A DNA stretch of 61,416 bases from NCBI RefSeq assembly GCF_001194135.2, contig NC_068985.1:23959386-24020801 (forward strand), given 5' to 3'. The position numbers and the translations under genes are program-made. This document shows, piece after piece, positions 37,593-51,704 of this stretch; positions within the stretch are counted from its first letter, which is position 1, and the number at the start of each line of letters is the position of its first letter. The notes below the pieces were generated by a model, which was not told the origin of the DNA, made no database searches, and was given only the letters and a program-made list of their open reading frames with translations. Origin of the DNA: Octopus bimaculoides (lineage: Eukaryota).

Positions 37593-38634
37593 TTATAAAC
37601 ATACCACAAAGAAGGCATTGCAAGTGCAAAATATTCATGTCAACAGCTTCAGTTAATTAGCTGCTGGACGATAGAATTGCTTTTAAATACATGAAAATGG
37701 CATGACAAAATTATGACAAGATCATAACTTAATTATTGCAGGGATACTTATGACTGTAAATATTAATTTTGGGGAATATTTGAAAGCATTTAGCTTGTAT
37801 TGGAACGTTTATTAGCTAAATAATCGTCAGCAATTAACTACTTTAATCAAATTGTTAGGCCGAAGGAAAGATTAAAATTCGGCTTCTTAAGTCAATGATT
37901 CCAATAATTCATTGACCTATATGAAGAAACGGAAATAGTTTTCTTAAGAAAATATAATTTCCTTTTTGATTCTTGTACTTTGGTGAGTGTGTGAACTGAC
38001 GGACGGGAAGAGAAGGAAAAAATAAGATGAAGAATAGAAGAAATAATGAATTTTTTAAAATTATACTTTTGTCTAAATTATACTTACAACGTAAATATAT
38101 CTAATTCGAATCGTTTAATTGAATGTTGGCTTAAAATGGAGGCAAGGAAGTGAAAGAAGATGAAGAATGCGATAACAGCAGGAGACATTGTACAGAGTTT
38201 GTGTGTGGTCAGTCTCATTCCAATTCTTCGATTTAGTCATAGAAAATGGTTAATTAACAAAACGATCAATTCTTCGTGTTTTGTTTCAGTGTGATTATTG
38301 ACTTATTTACATTATTGATTAAATCTATTCCATTTTACTTTGTTGAATGGAAATTGCAAATAATTTGAGAACAACAACAATAAAATTACTCATAACAACA
38401 ACAACAACAATAAAATTACCCGTACCAACAACAACAACAATACTCACTATGAATAAAAACAATAAAAACAAACCAAAGACGATTATAACGATGACAAAAG
38501 ACTATCAATTTGAGTTCGAATTTCTATATAGATGTTCTTAATTTTGTTAATAAGCAACAATTTAAATCAATTAGGGTTCACTCGAATATTGTCGATTTCG
38601 TTTCTAATTAATGCTGCTTTTTGAATAATTCAGC

Positions 38635-38960
38635 TTCATCATCTGATCGGGCTTGCTCGGACATTGTAAACCCACACATCACATCTCAGTCCTGCATTAT
38701 TTGAATGAGGTTTTCGGGTTGGAATCCAGTGTCTCTGGTGAGCTGATCTGCCTACGTTATGTTTAGACGACCGGTCAAGTACGGCCATGCTTTAGCGTCC
38801 ATAACAGGCAGGTCAATCGCCAGCTCTTGTTTAGATCACCAACAATGTCCCGCAAAGCACAAACACCTTTCCCTTACAATAGTGGAAACTGGTAGGCAAT
38901 CTCCATACAGTTTTTCTTGGTTATTTAGTGGACTAAAGACTATTGACTGCAGACATACCC
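38635..38960 (-). pseudogene. RTE-clade LINE 3' remnant
   Basis: The minus strand gives LYGDCLPVSTIVRERCLCFAGHCW*SKQELA..LLWTLKHGR..GRLNIT*ADQLTRDTG, matching RTE C-terminal motifs (RRLRFAGH, GRP.xT..DQL..DTG). It ends in a GATGATGA-like tail. Confidence 0.8.
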
Positions 38961-39340
38961 AAATAATAAATATTGTTCATTTCTTCTTTGTTTATATTTT
39001 GACTTATTACGAAACATAAATACTGTATTTTACAGGATGAAAGGAAAAGATCTAATGCACTTATCTATCTCATGAATATGAGCTGTATAAAGGAAATGAA
39101 GCAACTTCAAGTTAGAATTGAGTCGTCTTACAGTTTTGATTCTAGGAATCTCTATTACCTAAAATAACCTATGCTACTTCAGGTAGTAAGCAAGCAAGGA
39201 TGCCTCTATACTCTCGATCGACTTGCTAGAATTAGCATTCAAACCGCATTCAAATCACTGTTTACCATCATAATTAACGCATAAGGTAATGCAGTCTTCC
39301 TCCCGCCCAGAGTATAATAGGATATCATAGGTATGAACGT

Positions 39341-39490
39341 GAAGATGCGCAGACTAGTGGTTAAGATCTTGGGCCCATGAATGTTAGGCCGTGGGTTCTA
39401 CTCTAGATTGAGTGGTGCTATATTGTGTTCTTCAGGAAGGTGCTCTATTTCACGTCGCACTAGTACACTCAGCTGCAAATGAGTACCAGT
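39341..39490 (+). mobile_element. SINE family D (tRNA head with Meta-like central domain), old
   Basis: CTAGTGGTTAAG...GGGTTCTACTC...TTGTGTTCTT...CACTCAGCTGCAAATGAGTACC. Confidence 0.7.
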
Positions 39491-41233
39491 GGTAGCTGAA
39501 GGCTTCAACAGCAACGGACGCGGTCCACGTTCAGTGGCTGGAGCGAGGCTTGTACTATAAGTCTAAATGCTTTAAGATGGGAACAAAGAGAGAGAGAGAA
39601 GGGGGGAGAGAGATTGTGTGTGAGACAGTGAGATAGAGAGTATGTGTGTGAGAGAGAGAATGTTGGGAGAAGGGAGGGAGAGAAGACTTAACTCCAATGC
39701 AGGACTAGTAATATATTTATCACCACTGAAACGATAAAAGAAAGACTAACTTGACTTCCGTAGTGTTTAAACTCAAAGTGAAGAGAACCAAAATAAATAC
39801 TGCAAGGCAGTCTATCCAAGAACTGCCATACAACGCTTCTACTGGTCCTGAAACTGCTTGCAGTACTACTTTTTATTTCACAGCTAGATGAACGAAAGGG
39901 GAGATAAGTGCTTGGGTCCAAAACAGAGAGCAGTAACTGCAGTAGAATGCAATCGGCCGGCAAAACGTTTGTGATTAGTATTTGCATGTTGGCAATTAAA
40001 TTAAAGTCGGCTATCACACAGCTACGATATGAAGTATAATAACTTATCGCCAAGTAGAAGTAAATTCAATGTTCTTATAGACACGCTACATTGAAGGATC
40101 AAATTCCATATCGATTTCAGAAGTGGTAATTGATATGAAGATCTAGCTAGCATAGATTTCACTCCAGTAGAGAGACAGCTTGTTTGGAAAAGTGTGCCAG
40201 CCAAGGATATTATTGCGGAAGCGTTGCTTTCCAAAGGAAATGGCCGCTTTAGTGTTGTTGTTGTTGTTGTTGTTGTTAGTGGTGGTGATGATGATGGAGG
40301 TTATTTACAAGATGAAACAGATTTATCACTGTTAGTTGCGAATGGATCGGCAAGCAAATTCTGCGCCAAGTTTTATAAATCAAGGTGTTTTAGATGTGAA
40401 GAAGAAATAATGTGTAATGCAATCTAGTTACAAATATAGATCATGTCTTGCACATGCCAGAAGAAATAAATGACTTTTGGAGCAATTATTTAATCAAAAA
40501 GGACCGGTTCTGTATCAGCGGTTCTATTAAGAATTCTTTTTGAAGAAGAGAAAAAAGAGGAAACATTTTAAAACTGAGTCGCGCATCTAATCATACCTAC
40601 AACACACACATACACACACGCACGCACACGCATGCACACGCACAAACACATATACACACACATTCACATATATGTACGTACTTATGTGTTAGCATAAATT
40701 TATAAATCCACGTTTGTCGATGAGATCGTAAATGTATACAATTAGCTGAATGCTATGTATATGGACCGAGTTCTGGTAAATGGTCTTAATAGCGTCAACA
40801 TCACATTGTAAGAGAACCAAAAGGATGCGGCATGATCATAACAATTATGACGATGCTGATGATGATCATAATTGTTCTTGTTACTTTTGTTATTATTATA
40901 TTTGTCAGTGACGGTGGCCGTGGCGATAGAAGAATTTGTGTCATAATAATGATGAAAATGATATCTGCTGCACATTAAATCTCGCATACATTGATCTAAA
41001 CATACGACACCATAATTGCTTCTCTATATTCAATCTCTGTAATAAGCCAATTATGTTAAATTAACTCTGAACCCCATTTTGCGTCGTGCAACGAATAGAT
41101 TACACATAGCTTCTGAAAGCTGTTTATAACTCTCTGTATTTTTTTAAATAAGGAACTAATACATAGTGAATATAGTCATAACAACGGCAAGATATTGTCT
41201 GGCTACGTCCAGACCTCAACATTAGTCAAATAT

Positions 41234-41619
41234 TTGTTGTTAGCACTCCGTCGCTTACGACGTCGAGGGTTCCAGTTGATCCAATCAACGGAACAGCCTG
41301 CTCGTGAAATTAACGTGCAAGTGGCTGAGCATTCCACAGACACGTGAACCCTTAACGTAGTTCTCAGGGATATTCAGCGTGACACAGTGTGACAAGGCTG
41401 GCCCTTTGAAATGCAGGTACAACAGAAATAGGAAGAAAGAGTGAGAGAAAGTTGTGGTGAAAGAGTACAGCAAGTTTCACCACCATCCCCTGCCGGAGCC
41501 TCGTGGAGCATTAGGTGTTTTCGCTCAATAAACACTCACAACGCCCGGTCTGGGAATCGAAACCGCGATGCTATGACCTCGAGTCCGCTGTCTTAACCAC
41601 CGTGCCATTGCGCCTCCAC
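41234..41619 (-). mobile_element. SINE family C, full length, 10-bp TSD
   Basis: The reverse complement starts GTGGAGGCGCAATGGCACGGTGGTTAAG...GGTTTCGATTCCC (A and B boxes) and ends GCTAACAACAA. Perfect TSD AGTCAAATAT at 41224-33 and 41620-29. Confidence 0.92.
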
Positions 41620-41694
41620 AGTCAAATATAGAAAGTGTTTTATTTCTGCTGAAGAAGTCCTGCGATTAGTTTGCTGAACATAACTATTGATAAT

Positions 41695-42067
41695 GGTTTC
41701 AAATTTTGACACATGGCAAGTAATTTTAGTGGGAATGGGTTAGTCGATTACATCAACTCCAGTGACCAATTAATACTTATTTTATTGAAATGATAAAAGG
41801 AAAAGTTGATTTTAGTGGTATTTGAACGCAGTATGTAAAGAGCTGGAAGAAATGTCGCTGAAAATTTTGTCCGACGCTTTAAAGATTCTACGGGCTCACC
41901 GCCTTAATTATTCATATAATAATCCTTTCAACTATAGAAGCAAGGTCTGAAATTATGGGTAATGGGGCTAGTCGATCACATAGACCTCATTACTGGTAAT
42001 ATTTTATCGATTTCGAAAGAATGAAAAGCAAAGTTGAACTCTGCGGAATTTGGTCTCAGAACGTAAA
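41695..42067 (-). mobile_element. Two tandem older SINE B copies
   Basis: Copies at about 41695-41903 and 41920-42067, each with TAGTCGAT..ACAT and ATTTTAT(C/T)GA motifs. Confidence 0.75.
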
Positions 42068-42117
42068 CCTCAGGATGGCATCCCTGCTAAATAAATTAGC
42101 ATGTCATACCTTTTGAA

Positions 42118-42149
42118 TAATAATAATAATAATAATATTAATAATAATG

Positions 42150-42212
<63 letters not shown>

Positions 42213-42233
42213 TTAATAATAATAATAATAATG

Positions 42234-42265
<32 letters not shown>
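42118..42265. repeat. (AAT)n microsatellite running into a gap
   Basis: Directly visible. Confidence 0.95.
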
Positions 42266-42266
<1 letters not shown>

Positions 42267-42595
42267 NNNNNNNNNNNNNNNNNNNNNNNNNNNNNNNNNN
42301 NNNNNNNNNNNNNNNNNNNNNNNNNNNNNNNNNNNNNNNNNNNNNNNNNNNNNNNNNNNNNNNNNNNNNNNNNNNNNNNNNNNNNNNNNNNNNNNNNNNN
42401 NNNNNNNNNNNNNNNNNNNNNNNNNNNNNNNNNNNNNNNNNNNNNNNNNNNNNNNNNNNNNNNNNNNNNNNNNNNNNNNNNNNNNNNNNNNNNNNNNNNN
42501 NNNNNNNNNNNNNNNNNNNNNNNNNNNNNNNNNNNNNNNNNNNNNNNNNNNNNNNNNNNNNNNNNNNNNNNNNNNNNNNNNNNNNNNNNNNNNNN

Positions 42596-42672
42596 TACTA
42601 TAGCCTCGGGCCGACAAAAGCCTTGTGAGTGGATTTGGTAGACGAAACTGAAAGAAGCCCGTCGTATATATC

Positions 42673-42717
<45 letters not shown>

Positions 42718-42923
42718 GTCTGTGTTTGTCCCCCCAACATCGCTTGACAACCAATACTAGTGTGTATACGTCCCCGTAACTTAGCGGTTCGACAAAAGAG
42801 ACCGATAGAATAAGTACTAGGCTTACAAAAAATAAGTCCTGGGGTCGATTAGCTCGACTAAAAAGGCGGTGCTCCAGCATGGCCACAGTCAAATGACTGA
42901 AACAAGTAAAAGAGTAAAAGAGT
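42596..42923 (+). mobile_element. SINE family A, young; head lost in the gap
   Basis: TACTATAGCCTCGGGCCGAC... through an internal (TA)n(TATG)n to a GAGTAAAAGAGTA tail. Confidence 0.92.
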
Positions 42924-43380
42924 ATATATATATATATATATATAAAGCAAATAATTAACAAAGATGTCCAAGTACTGTATATCAGGGTATGTCCTTGTTA
43001 CTTATTTGCTTTTTATTCACCTAACTTCGAGTTGTGTGGACACTATCGGACTAAATTCGTGCCTCAAAGTAAGTACCTAATTCAACTCAATCCTAATTAT
43101 TTCTTATATATATATGTAGGCGTGTGTGTGTGTGTGTTTAAAGCACATGAAAGAGAGCTGTTTTTCCTTACCTGTTACTTGTCTCTTTTCACCAAATCAC
43201 ATGAGACTGTTTGGAAGAAAGAAATATTTCTATTTAGAATATAAACAATATGAATAACATAAACAGCATTATACTATACTTACCCCAGTCAGCTCATAAT
43301 GCTTTACTAAATAAACTGTCAGTTATGAATTTTAGACATAGTGCTCGTTACATAAGACTGTAATACATAAATTATATGCT

Positions 43381-43745
43381 GATGGAGATGAGTAGTCTAG
43401 TGGATAGCGTGTTGGACTCAAGATTGTAGGGTCGTGGGTTCGATTCCTGGACCGAATGGCGCGTTATGACCGGGAGCAAAACACTATCACTTCAGTTGTT
43501 TCAGTCTACTCAACTGAAATTGAGTACCGGCTGGCTGTTGGCGGAGCTCACTCTCTCTCCAGCTGTGAGGTTATTCCCGATGGGAAATCCGACAGAGTGT
43601 CGCATCTGCGTATGATTACTAAGCTGCTTAAAATTATTAGCGGAAGCATGGTGCTATCTATTGAATCATACTCGATTGCGAGCGACGGCTAAGCGCACCT
43701 AAGAGTATCCCTGGTAGAGCACTCTTATGCGCCCTTAACCATCAC
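43381..43745 (+). mobile_element. SINE family D-type copy with a distinct tail
   Basis: A box TAGTCTAGTGG (43393-403), B box GGTTCGATTCC (43437-47), then GAGCAAAACACT...CTCAACTGAAATTGAGTACC. The 3' limit is uncertain. Confidence 0.7.
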
Positions 43746-43923
43746 ACGCAGGAAGTTTGAGAGTTCTATTTCAAAAGTTCTTTTCGCAAGGATGAGGTTC
43801 TGGGTGCGATTCCACTGTGCACCATTTCGAGCGAGTTGACCAATTCCATTTGAGTGGAAGTTACTTGACGGAAACTGTGCAGAGGTCTTCAAACATGCGT
43901 GAGCACGCTTGCACACGCACGCG

Positions 43924-44019
<96 letters not shown>

Positions 44020-44562
44020 GAGGCGTGCGTGTGAATCTTCCACCGATATTACATTGGCGAAGGATGTAAATCTTGACGCGAAAAGTGACGAACTGCCATT
44101 CTTCGAAAGAATCCCTTCTAGATATTTATTCTGCACCGAGTTATGACCGCTTCCTTGTCACTAGAATAACTTACTTGGAAATGCAGTGAACCCATAATAA
44201 TGCTATTATTGACCAATCATATGACAAAATAAACAGAAAATGTATGTATATATCCTAATATTTGACTTTTCTCAATAGTCAGTCAGAAATCGGTCCGATT
44301 CGGAGGTAACGGAATTTTAAAAAATTTCTGTTAGCTTGCTTTCCTCGTTTTAATACGCTGTGTATTTAGTGAAAAATATTGTATGTGGTTAGACGATCTA
44401 AAGTATATTTTTGAGCACGTTGGGATAGAAAACTTTTTTTTCTTTTACTGTTATTTATAATTGTTTATAATTTTTAATTTCACCTTAAATGGTATTTTAA
44501 TATGCTGGTCACTGATAAAATTAAAATTTTTCTTTTGAAATATTTTATCCTTATATTAGAAT

Positions 44563-44610
<48 letters not shown>

Positions 44611-44690
44611 TACATACATATATATTCATATATATATGTGTGTGCACGTAAGTATGTATGTATACATGTATAAGTATAATATACTTACTA

Positions 44691-44900
44691 ATGGTTATAG
44701 TATTGCATGCACGGTCGCTAGATCGCGGGTTCGGTTCCCGGACCGAACCGCGCGTTGTGTTCTTGAAGAATACAATTTAACGTTGTTCTGCGATCACTTA
44801 GACACTTGAGGTGTGGCAACGTTGATTTGACGGAGGGAAGGACCTAATGAACTGCACATATATTTGATCCCTATAAATAAATCATTTGTGCTGGCTGTGT
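44691..44900 (+). mobile_element. SINE family D-type copy
   Basis: ATGGTTATAG...GGGTTCGGTTCCCGGACCG...GCGTTGTGTTCTTGA. The 3' limit is approximate. Confidence 0.65.
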
Positions 44901-47900
44901 GAATATACCAACTATACTCAACTTGCCGAATCGGTAATCAATGTTTATTTGAGTACGACAGACTCTAACAATTTCTGGACTTACATTATTTCTCTCTTCA
45001 TAACATGTATACCGATTTTCCACAGTGTTCCCTCCTCTCTTCCGTAACCATTCCATTTAACTCTCTATATCTTTCTTTAGCTTTCTTTATCTTTAACCAT
45101 TCCACACGCATTTATTAATCACAGTTCACCAGCAATCAAGACGTTGCATTCAAATACCCATTGATTCTAAATGAATCATTGAATAGGCTGCTATCCTGTT
45201 AGACGACAGAGTCCTCTTGCATGTGCTGCGTCGAATACATAACTAAGACATTCTTAAATGATTTATAAATACATAGTACGCCTCGCTGTTGTATGAGAAA
45301 CTCAGCATAACAGAATCATGTTTTGTTAACTTGTTTATAACGTACCACAAGGATCTATAGTGCCGATTAGCTTCGGATCAAGCATACGAAAATCAAATTT
45401 CCTTCCTTGTGGAGCCTTTCAAGAGCCTGTTTTAGTTCCATTTACTGCATTCAACTCTATAAAGAGTGTGACCCTATCAACGCAAACCGTAAAGTTGGAT
45501 TTCTGAGAACGCTATTTAAGACTGCTTTTTTACGAAACATTTCATGTAAATACTTTTGCTCGGGAAAATTGCATATTTTCCGAATGCAGGAATTACGAAA
45601 TGTGTCCATTTATTTCCTGTCCACTTCATTACAATTAACTACGCCATATTGTACTACCGGCCGCTTGTGTCGACGACGAACCATTAGAAACCTACAACAC
45701 TTTCCTCTTTTTCTATGCGCGCTCACGCATGCTCACATTTACCTAAATCCATACATACACATGCAGACATAGAAACAGAAATACAAATAAACATATACAA
45801 TTGCAAATAGAGACAAACACGCTCAACACTAATGAGTGTTTCTATTGATGTCAGGGCAGATATATCATCCATTAGGATTTTGTTTTGCGTTATCGATCCA
45901 TCTATTGACCTGCAAACTAACAAAGACTAAAGAGATTTTTCCGCTCTAAATCGATAAAATTCGTTTATTAGACAATATAATATTTGTTTAATTTGTTGTG
46001 TGACAAATTATATAGCTACTCGGCACACAATTCAAATATTCGATCCCGGGGCGTGACATGTGCCAAAAGGAAGACAACAGATTGAAGAAGGAAAAACAAA
46101 CACTAGATTGCTATAACTCTATGTGATTAAAGATAATTACTATAGGATAACAATTGCGCACTATGTGATTACCTTTGGTGTTTGTTGTCAGTGTTTATTT
46201 GTTGTTCATATTTGAACGCATCGTTGTTCGCGCCTTAGTGGAGAACAACGAGGAAATGCACCATCTGGTAAATCATATTATGTTAGGAGTAACAAAATGT
46301 GAGAAATGATACTGTATCAGGAATGAAACTATATATAAAAAAAATAACACTATGTGTTGAATAATATGTGAAATACACATCAGCAATATTGTATTCCACG
46401 CAGAAACTGTAGGACCTATTTAAAGATATGCAAGCTTATAACATTCCAAGTACATATACAAAAATTATATCAAATAAATACCGATGAAAATGTACGAGAT
46501 CCCTGATGTCTCGTACATTTTCATCGGTATTCTGTTTCTTGATAAAGTACCACGATCAAATCCCGCAACGAAACATCATTCAATTATTCTGTCTTTTGAT
46601 GAAGAGCGTACACCAGAAAGATTGAGCAGTATCTTGTTTTTTACCTTATGGTGTAATGAAATCTGTTTGCATAGTTATTTTTGCTTCTGAGATCGTTTGG
46701 TTTATATCCCAAGTACAATGAGGTAATTGTTGTTTCCAGGTTAGTCCTCTCTGAAGTTATATTAATATATCACTAAAATTTCTGTTTTGTAGAACCCTAT
46801 ACATATCTGTATTCGTATGTCTGGGAATATGTGTTTAGATGTATACAAAGAAGAAAAGAAAAATAAATATAACTAAAGAAATGTGGTATACATATAATCG
46901 GAGCTTTAAGACAGCAGGACCTTCTTTTAATAAAGAATTGAACCTACTACGGGAAAGAATAGACAAAATCACTAAACAATCCAGAAAATACGTACGATTC
47001 ATTGTAAGCAAAGAAAATCACTCACTTGCGCACACGGACACACGACAATAAAGGTAAACAATCTGTCTCACTCAGTCGCACACACACACAAAAGGCACGT
47101 ACACACATATGCATGCATTCGCTGCACGCTCGTTCACACTACCCATACGTTGAGTGATTAAAGCAAAGGGTTGTGCATTTTAGTTTTAAATTTGCAATTT
47201 CAGACATTGTATGATTCCGGAAAGGAAGTGGTTAGAAAAATAAAAAGGGGAGTGCCAACAAAACAACAAGATAGCATATCGTCGTCGTCGTCGTCATTAT
47301 CATCTTCATCACCACCTCCGTCAATGCATGCAAAAATTGCTGTCAAATTGAAATCCAAGAAGAAGAATTGGCTTAAGTATGTTAGCATTCAACAAGCAGG
47401 GACCTCTTCGTGACGAGAAGCAGTCGACAAGCATGGAGAAAGAAAGAGGAATGATAGTTAATTGGCTTTATTTGGATATCTTTTGAGATCCAAGGTAAAT
47501 ACAATTGAATAGCAACAGAAGGGAGAGGGTGGGGAGAGAGAAGAGAGGGGGGAATGACAACGAAAAATGCGAAAAGAGAAAATGTAGAGTGAGCGGGAAA
47601 ATAAAACGAATTGAAAATGAAAGTGAAAGTAAAACTTTATAAGTCAGTGATGCGAGTATGAGTGGAAGTAAACAGGTAACGGGCGATCAACTGGTGCTTC
47701 TAGCTTAAAAATAAAACCAGTATAAATATAAACTGAGGGAAAATGTCTCTTTAAAAAGGGGAATTAAACCAGAAGAAGAAAGCAGGCAAAATTATTTGAG
47801 CGGAAGTCTTGACCTATACATGGCATTTAATGTTAAAAGATTTTAAAGAAAGATAGAAAATGATGGCTAATGTGTGTGCGGTTAGAGATTGAGAAACTGA

Positions 47901-49063
47901 CCTACGTGCGTGTGTGAATGCTTGCAAACTTGTCCGCATATATGTGTGCGCATGTGTAGTATGTGCATGTGTATTATGACGCAAGTTTATGTGCATGAAA
48001 GCGTATGCATCAAGATGTATTTACGTATGTGAAGAATGATCAATAGATATTGAAAGAGCGGGAATTATATAGAGGGGTAATTATGAATATTAAATATTTA
48101 TAACCACTCCTTTATAAAATATGGATAAGTAGGTATGTAAAGAAGGCTTATTATAAATATTATAGGTGGCCAATTATGAATATTATAATCTATAATCAGC
48201 CTTCTGTAAATATAGATATGCAGGCAGTGTATAGAGGGCTGATTATGAATATTAAATACATGACAAAAAGCAATAAGCCAGGAGTTTTGCATTCTAAATA
48301 CAAAAAGCAGAGCCTCACATATGTAATATGGTGACTTAAATGATTTCGGTCAATAAGAAAAATCTCTAAGTAATTCGCAGATAAAAAAAAAAAATAGAAG
48401 TCTTTTTCTCTTTGGGTGTTTAAAGACTATTTTAAATTGTTTATATCGTATAAAGATTTAGACCAATTGATTTTATTGGAGTTATCAGCGATATATGTTG
48501 TTATTTCAAAAATTTAAACCCTTCCAACAGTGTTCTTTTTCGAAATGTAGGATAGTATCTGTTCAACGAAGTTTTTGTAACTCACCGTATTACACTTTCA
48601 TATTCCAGTTAACGGTACGATGAGACATACAACAATCACTCACATACCACAATGATCATCATGAAAACGGCCACCAACAATACTACTACCATCACCACGA
48701 TCACCACCACTGTCTTCGTTCACATTGCCACCGCTGCCGGCTCAGTTCCATCGACGACCAGATAGCATTAGACTCTAATAGAATTGGCTGAATTGAGTGA
48801 TTTTGAAGGAGATCAATGACTCTTTATGGAGACCGGAAGTATTTCTTATCCTCAAAATGTCAGCGTCTTTATCAGAATGTTGTTTGGAGATGAAGCACTC
48901 TTAACTAAATTCCTAATACAAATATAGCAACCTTTCATGTTTTTTCTGGGTTTTTTTTCTTTATAAAGAAAATGGTTTGACTGAAATATCCAAATTGTTA
49001 TGACTTTGTGATGTTAACTTATCCGTATGCGTGAATGTATATATACATACATACAAACATACA

Positions 49064-49098
<35 letters not shown>

Positions 49099-51051
49099 GT
49101 GTGTGTATGTATATATATATATATTTATGTATATATACACATATATATATACATTTATATATATAATGTATGTATGTACGTACGCACGTGTGTATGAATG
49201 TATGTATGTATTTTCGATCCTCTTTATATTTTCATGATCCGTGTATTATATTTTATTGCTCGGAAGATATGCCATACTAATATCGTATATTGCTAGATGT
49301 TCAATGTTCATTGACAGGGTTACTTAGTGACATGTATACTAATAAATAAACTTACATGACTGCACATTGCCAGATCAAGCGAATATTTCAAAAGGTTAAG
49401 TATCAAGTTCCTGATTACGACTGAACGTAAAATTCGCAATATGACATTTGACAGGCTATTCCAATTCTCGTGCACGATCTACTTTCACTATTCCAACGAA
49501 CGGCTGTATAATACTGAATACGTCGCATTCTCGTATGTTTGCGCTCTTTTCCCAACACGAATTTATAAATTCAATTTAGCCCCATTTCTCTCTCTCAATG
49601 TCTCTCCTTTTCCTTCTCAGCATAAGATTATTCAGCTTAAGATTATTCGAGTGCTCTCCCTTGAATGTTGTTATTCTTATTTTTGCTCCATTGATTTCTT
49701 TGCTTTAGATCAACATCCCGGAGGATATTCGGGTTTCATATGAAATACTTTCAAAGACTTGATACAGTCTTGAATAGAATAACTTTCCTACGTTCCCGTG
49801 AAGGCAACCTGAACAGATTTTCAGCTAAGCATTTCCCTGCGAGGTTATTTTTCTATCTGTCTTTATGAATAAAATAACAATAACGAAAGATAAGTGGTTT
49901 TCATTTAGATTCCTTCTTATTTTATTATTGTCTGTTTGTCTTATTTATTGAATTTGTTTTGTGTAAGGCGATCGTTTGCTAAATCATTTAAAACACTCTA
50001 TTCTGGCCTCGAGCCAATTCAAACTTTGTACGTAACATTTAATCGATCGACAGTTATTTGATGGTGTATCTGATAAACGAACATTTCCCAATAAACGAAT
50101 ATTAACGTGTTCTTCATAGAGACACTGAGATATTTCGAAATAATGATTCTTTCTTAGTGCTTACATTTTTATTTTAATGTTGTCGTCCTGATATCGTATC
50201 TATATTCTTGAAATGAGTTAGCATAACTGTAGTTTGTGAGCTTTTTCACCGTACTTCCAACGCGGTTTCGAACTTTAAAGTCTTTGGTTATTTGCTCATA
50301 TTTAATTCCAGCATATTATATATACATATTTCAATGATCCAACATCTCATTTCTTCAATATATCAGCAAATATTAAGCCTTCTCTCTCAATCCATCCATC
50401 CATCCATCCATCCATTCATCCATCCATCCACCGATCCATATATACATGTACATACGTACGCACGTATACACACACCCACACACACACACACAAAAATACA
50501 CACACACGCACACACACACAAATACACACACACGCACACACACACACGCACAAATCCTATTGTATATTTATAATTAAATATTATTAGGACTTGTGTATAA
50601 ATTGTTGAAATATTTTGTGTATTTTGGACGTAAAACCAATGAAAAGTTACCGTGGACTCCCTATTTACTATACTGCATCCATAGACCCCTCAAATCATAT
50701 ATAGATACCCAGGGTCAACAGATACCGTGTTTTATAAGGCTAAATAACTGTTTTTTAATTTCTATTTTAATGTGAGTACATTTTTATGAACACACCTCAA
50801 AGCGTCGAGTGAGATGTTATTTTATTTTAGAAATTAAGGAAATCTTGAACGCTGGAGAATATCTGTGAAAACAGCTTAGAAGATCGGGCAAAAATACTCT
50901 TATGAGGCTGGGGTGGAAGTGGTCAACAACTTGCTACTTTGTACCGCTCAAATCGAACTATGTACCGCTCAAATTCTGGTTTAGCGTTCCGTACTTTTAA
51001 GCTAAACGAACCTCAGAAACAGAAACTGTATTTTTGAACGTTAATTAATAA

Positions 51052-51258
51052 TCCTTTCGAATGGAAGTACAAGGTTTCAAATTTGAGGCTAGGGATTAAG
51101 TTGATTACATCGACCTCAGTAACTGGTACTTATATAAACAACTCCGAAAGGATGAAAGACAAAGTCGACCTCGGCGGATTTTTAACTCAGATCGTGAAGA
51201 CGGACGAAATACAGAGCATTTTGTCCGGCATGCTGACGGTTCTTCTAGCACGCAGCCC
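51052..51258 (-). mobile_element. SINE family B, 18-bp TSD
   Basis: TTGAA(C/T)GTTAA(T/C)TAATAA at 51034-51 and 51259-76 (16 of 18). Confidence 0.88.
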
Positions 51259-51398
51259 TTGAATGTTAACTAATAACACTAAATAATAGCTCACAGCTGG
51301 AATGTGAGAGGTACAGAGTTTGGTTTTCTGTAGCGGCTTCCTGGCTACATTTTTCCGTCTTATAAGGGTATAATCATTCGATCTTCTAAGCTACTTTC

Positions 51399-51433
<35 letters not shown>

Positions 51434-51660
51434 NNNNNNNNNNNNNNNNNNNNNNNNNNNNNNNNNNNNNNNNNNNNNNNNNNNNNNNNNNNNNNNNNNN
51501 NNNNNNNNNNNNNNNNNNNNNNNNNNNNNNNNNNNNNNNNNNNNNNNNNNNNNNNNNNNNNNNNNNAAGACAATATTTCATCTAACAGCTGTTTCTGTTT
51601 GCGCTACTTTGGGCATATAAATACCCCTAGACGGTTTTTATAACCTCTTATTGAACTCAC

Positions 51661-51704
<44 letters not shown>

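Noticed and set aside
43172-43206. Minus-strand coding micro-exon with strong splice sites
   Set aside because: Stops in all three frames. It shows that splice-like pairs arise readily here; a non-coding exon is not excluded.
43381-43455. tRNA gene (good A and B boxes)
   Set aside because: No acceptor-stem closure; the sequence runs into a SINE core. The same applies to the other tRNA-like heads.
45407-45772. 121-aa ORF
   Set aside because: TTG start, no recognisable domain, and it ends in simple repeat.
46594-46625. Hammerhead-like TTGATGAAGAGCG...GAAAG
   Set aside because: The core C is missing and stem II does not pair. At most a very decayed relative of 60942.
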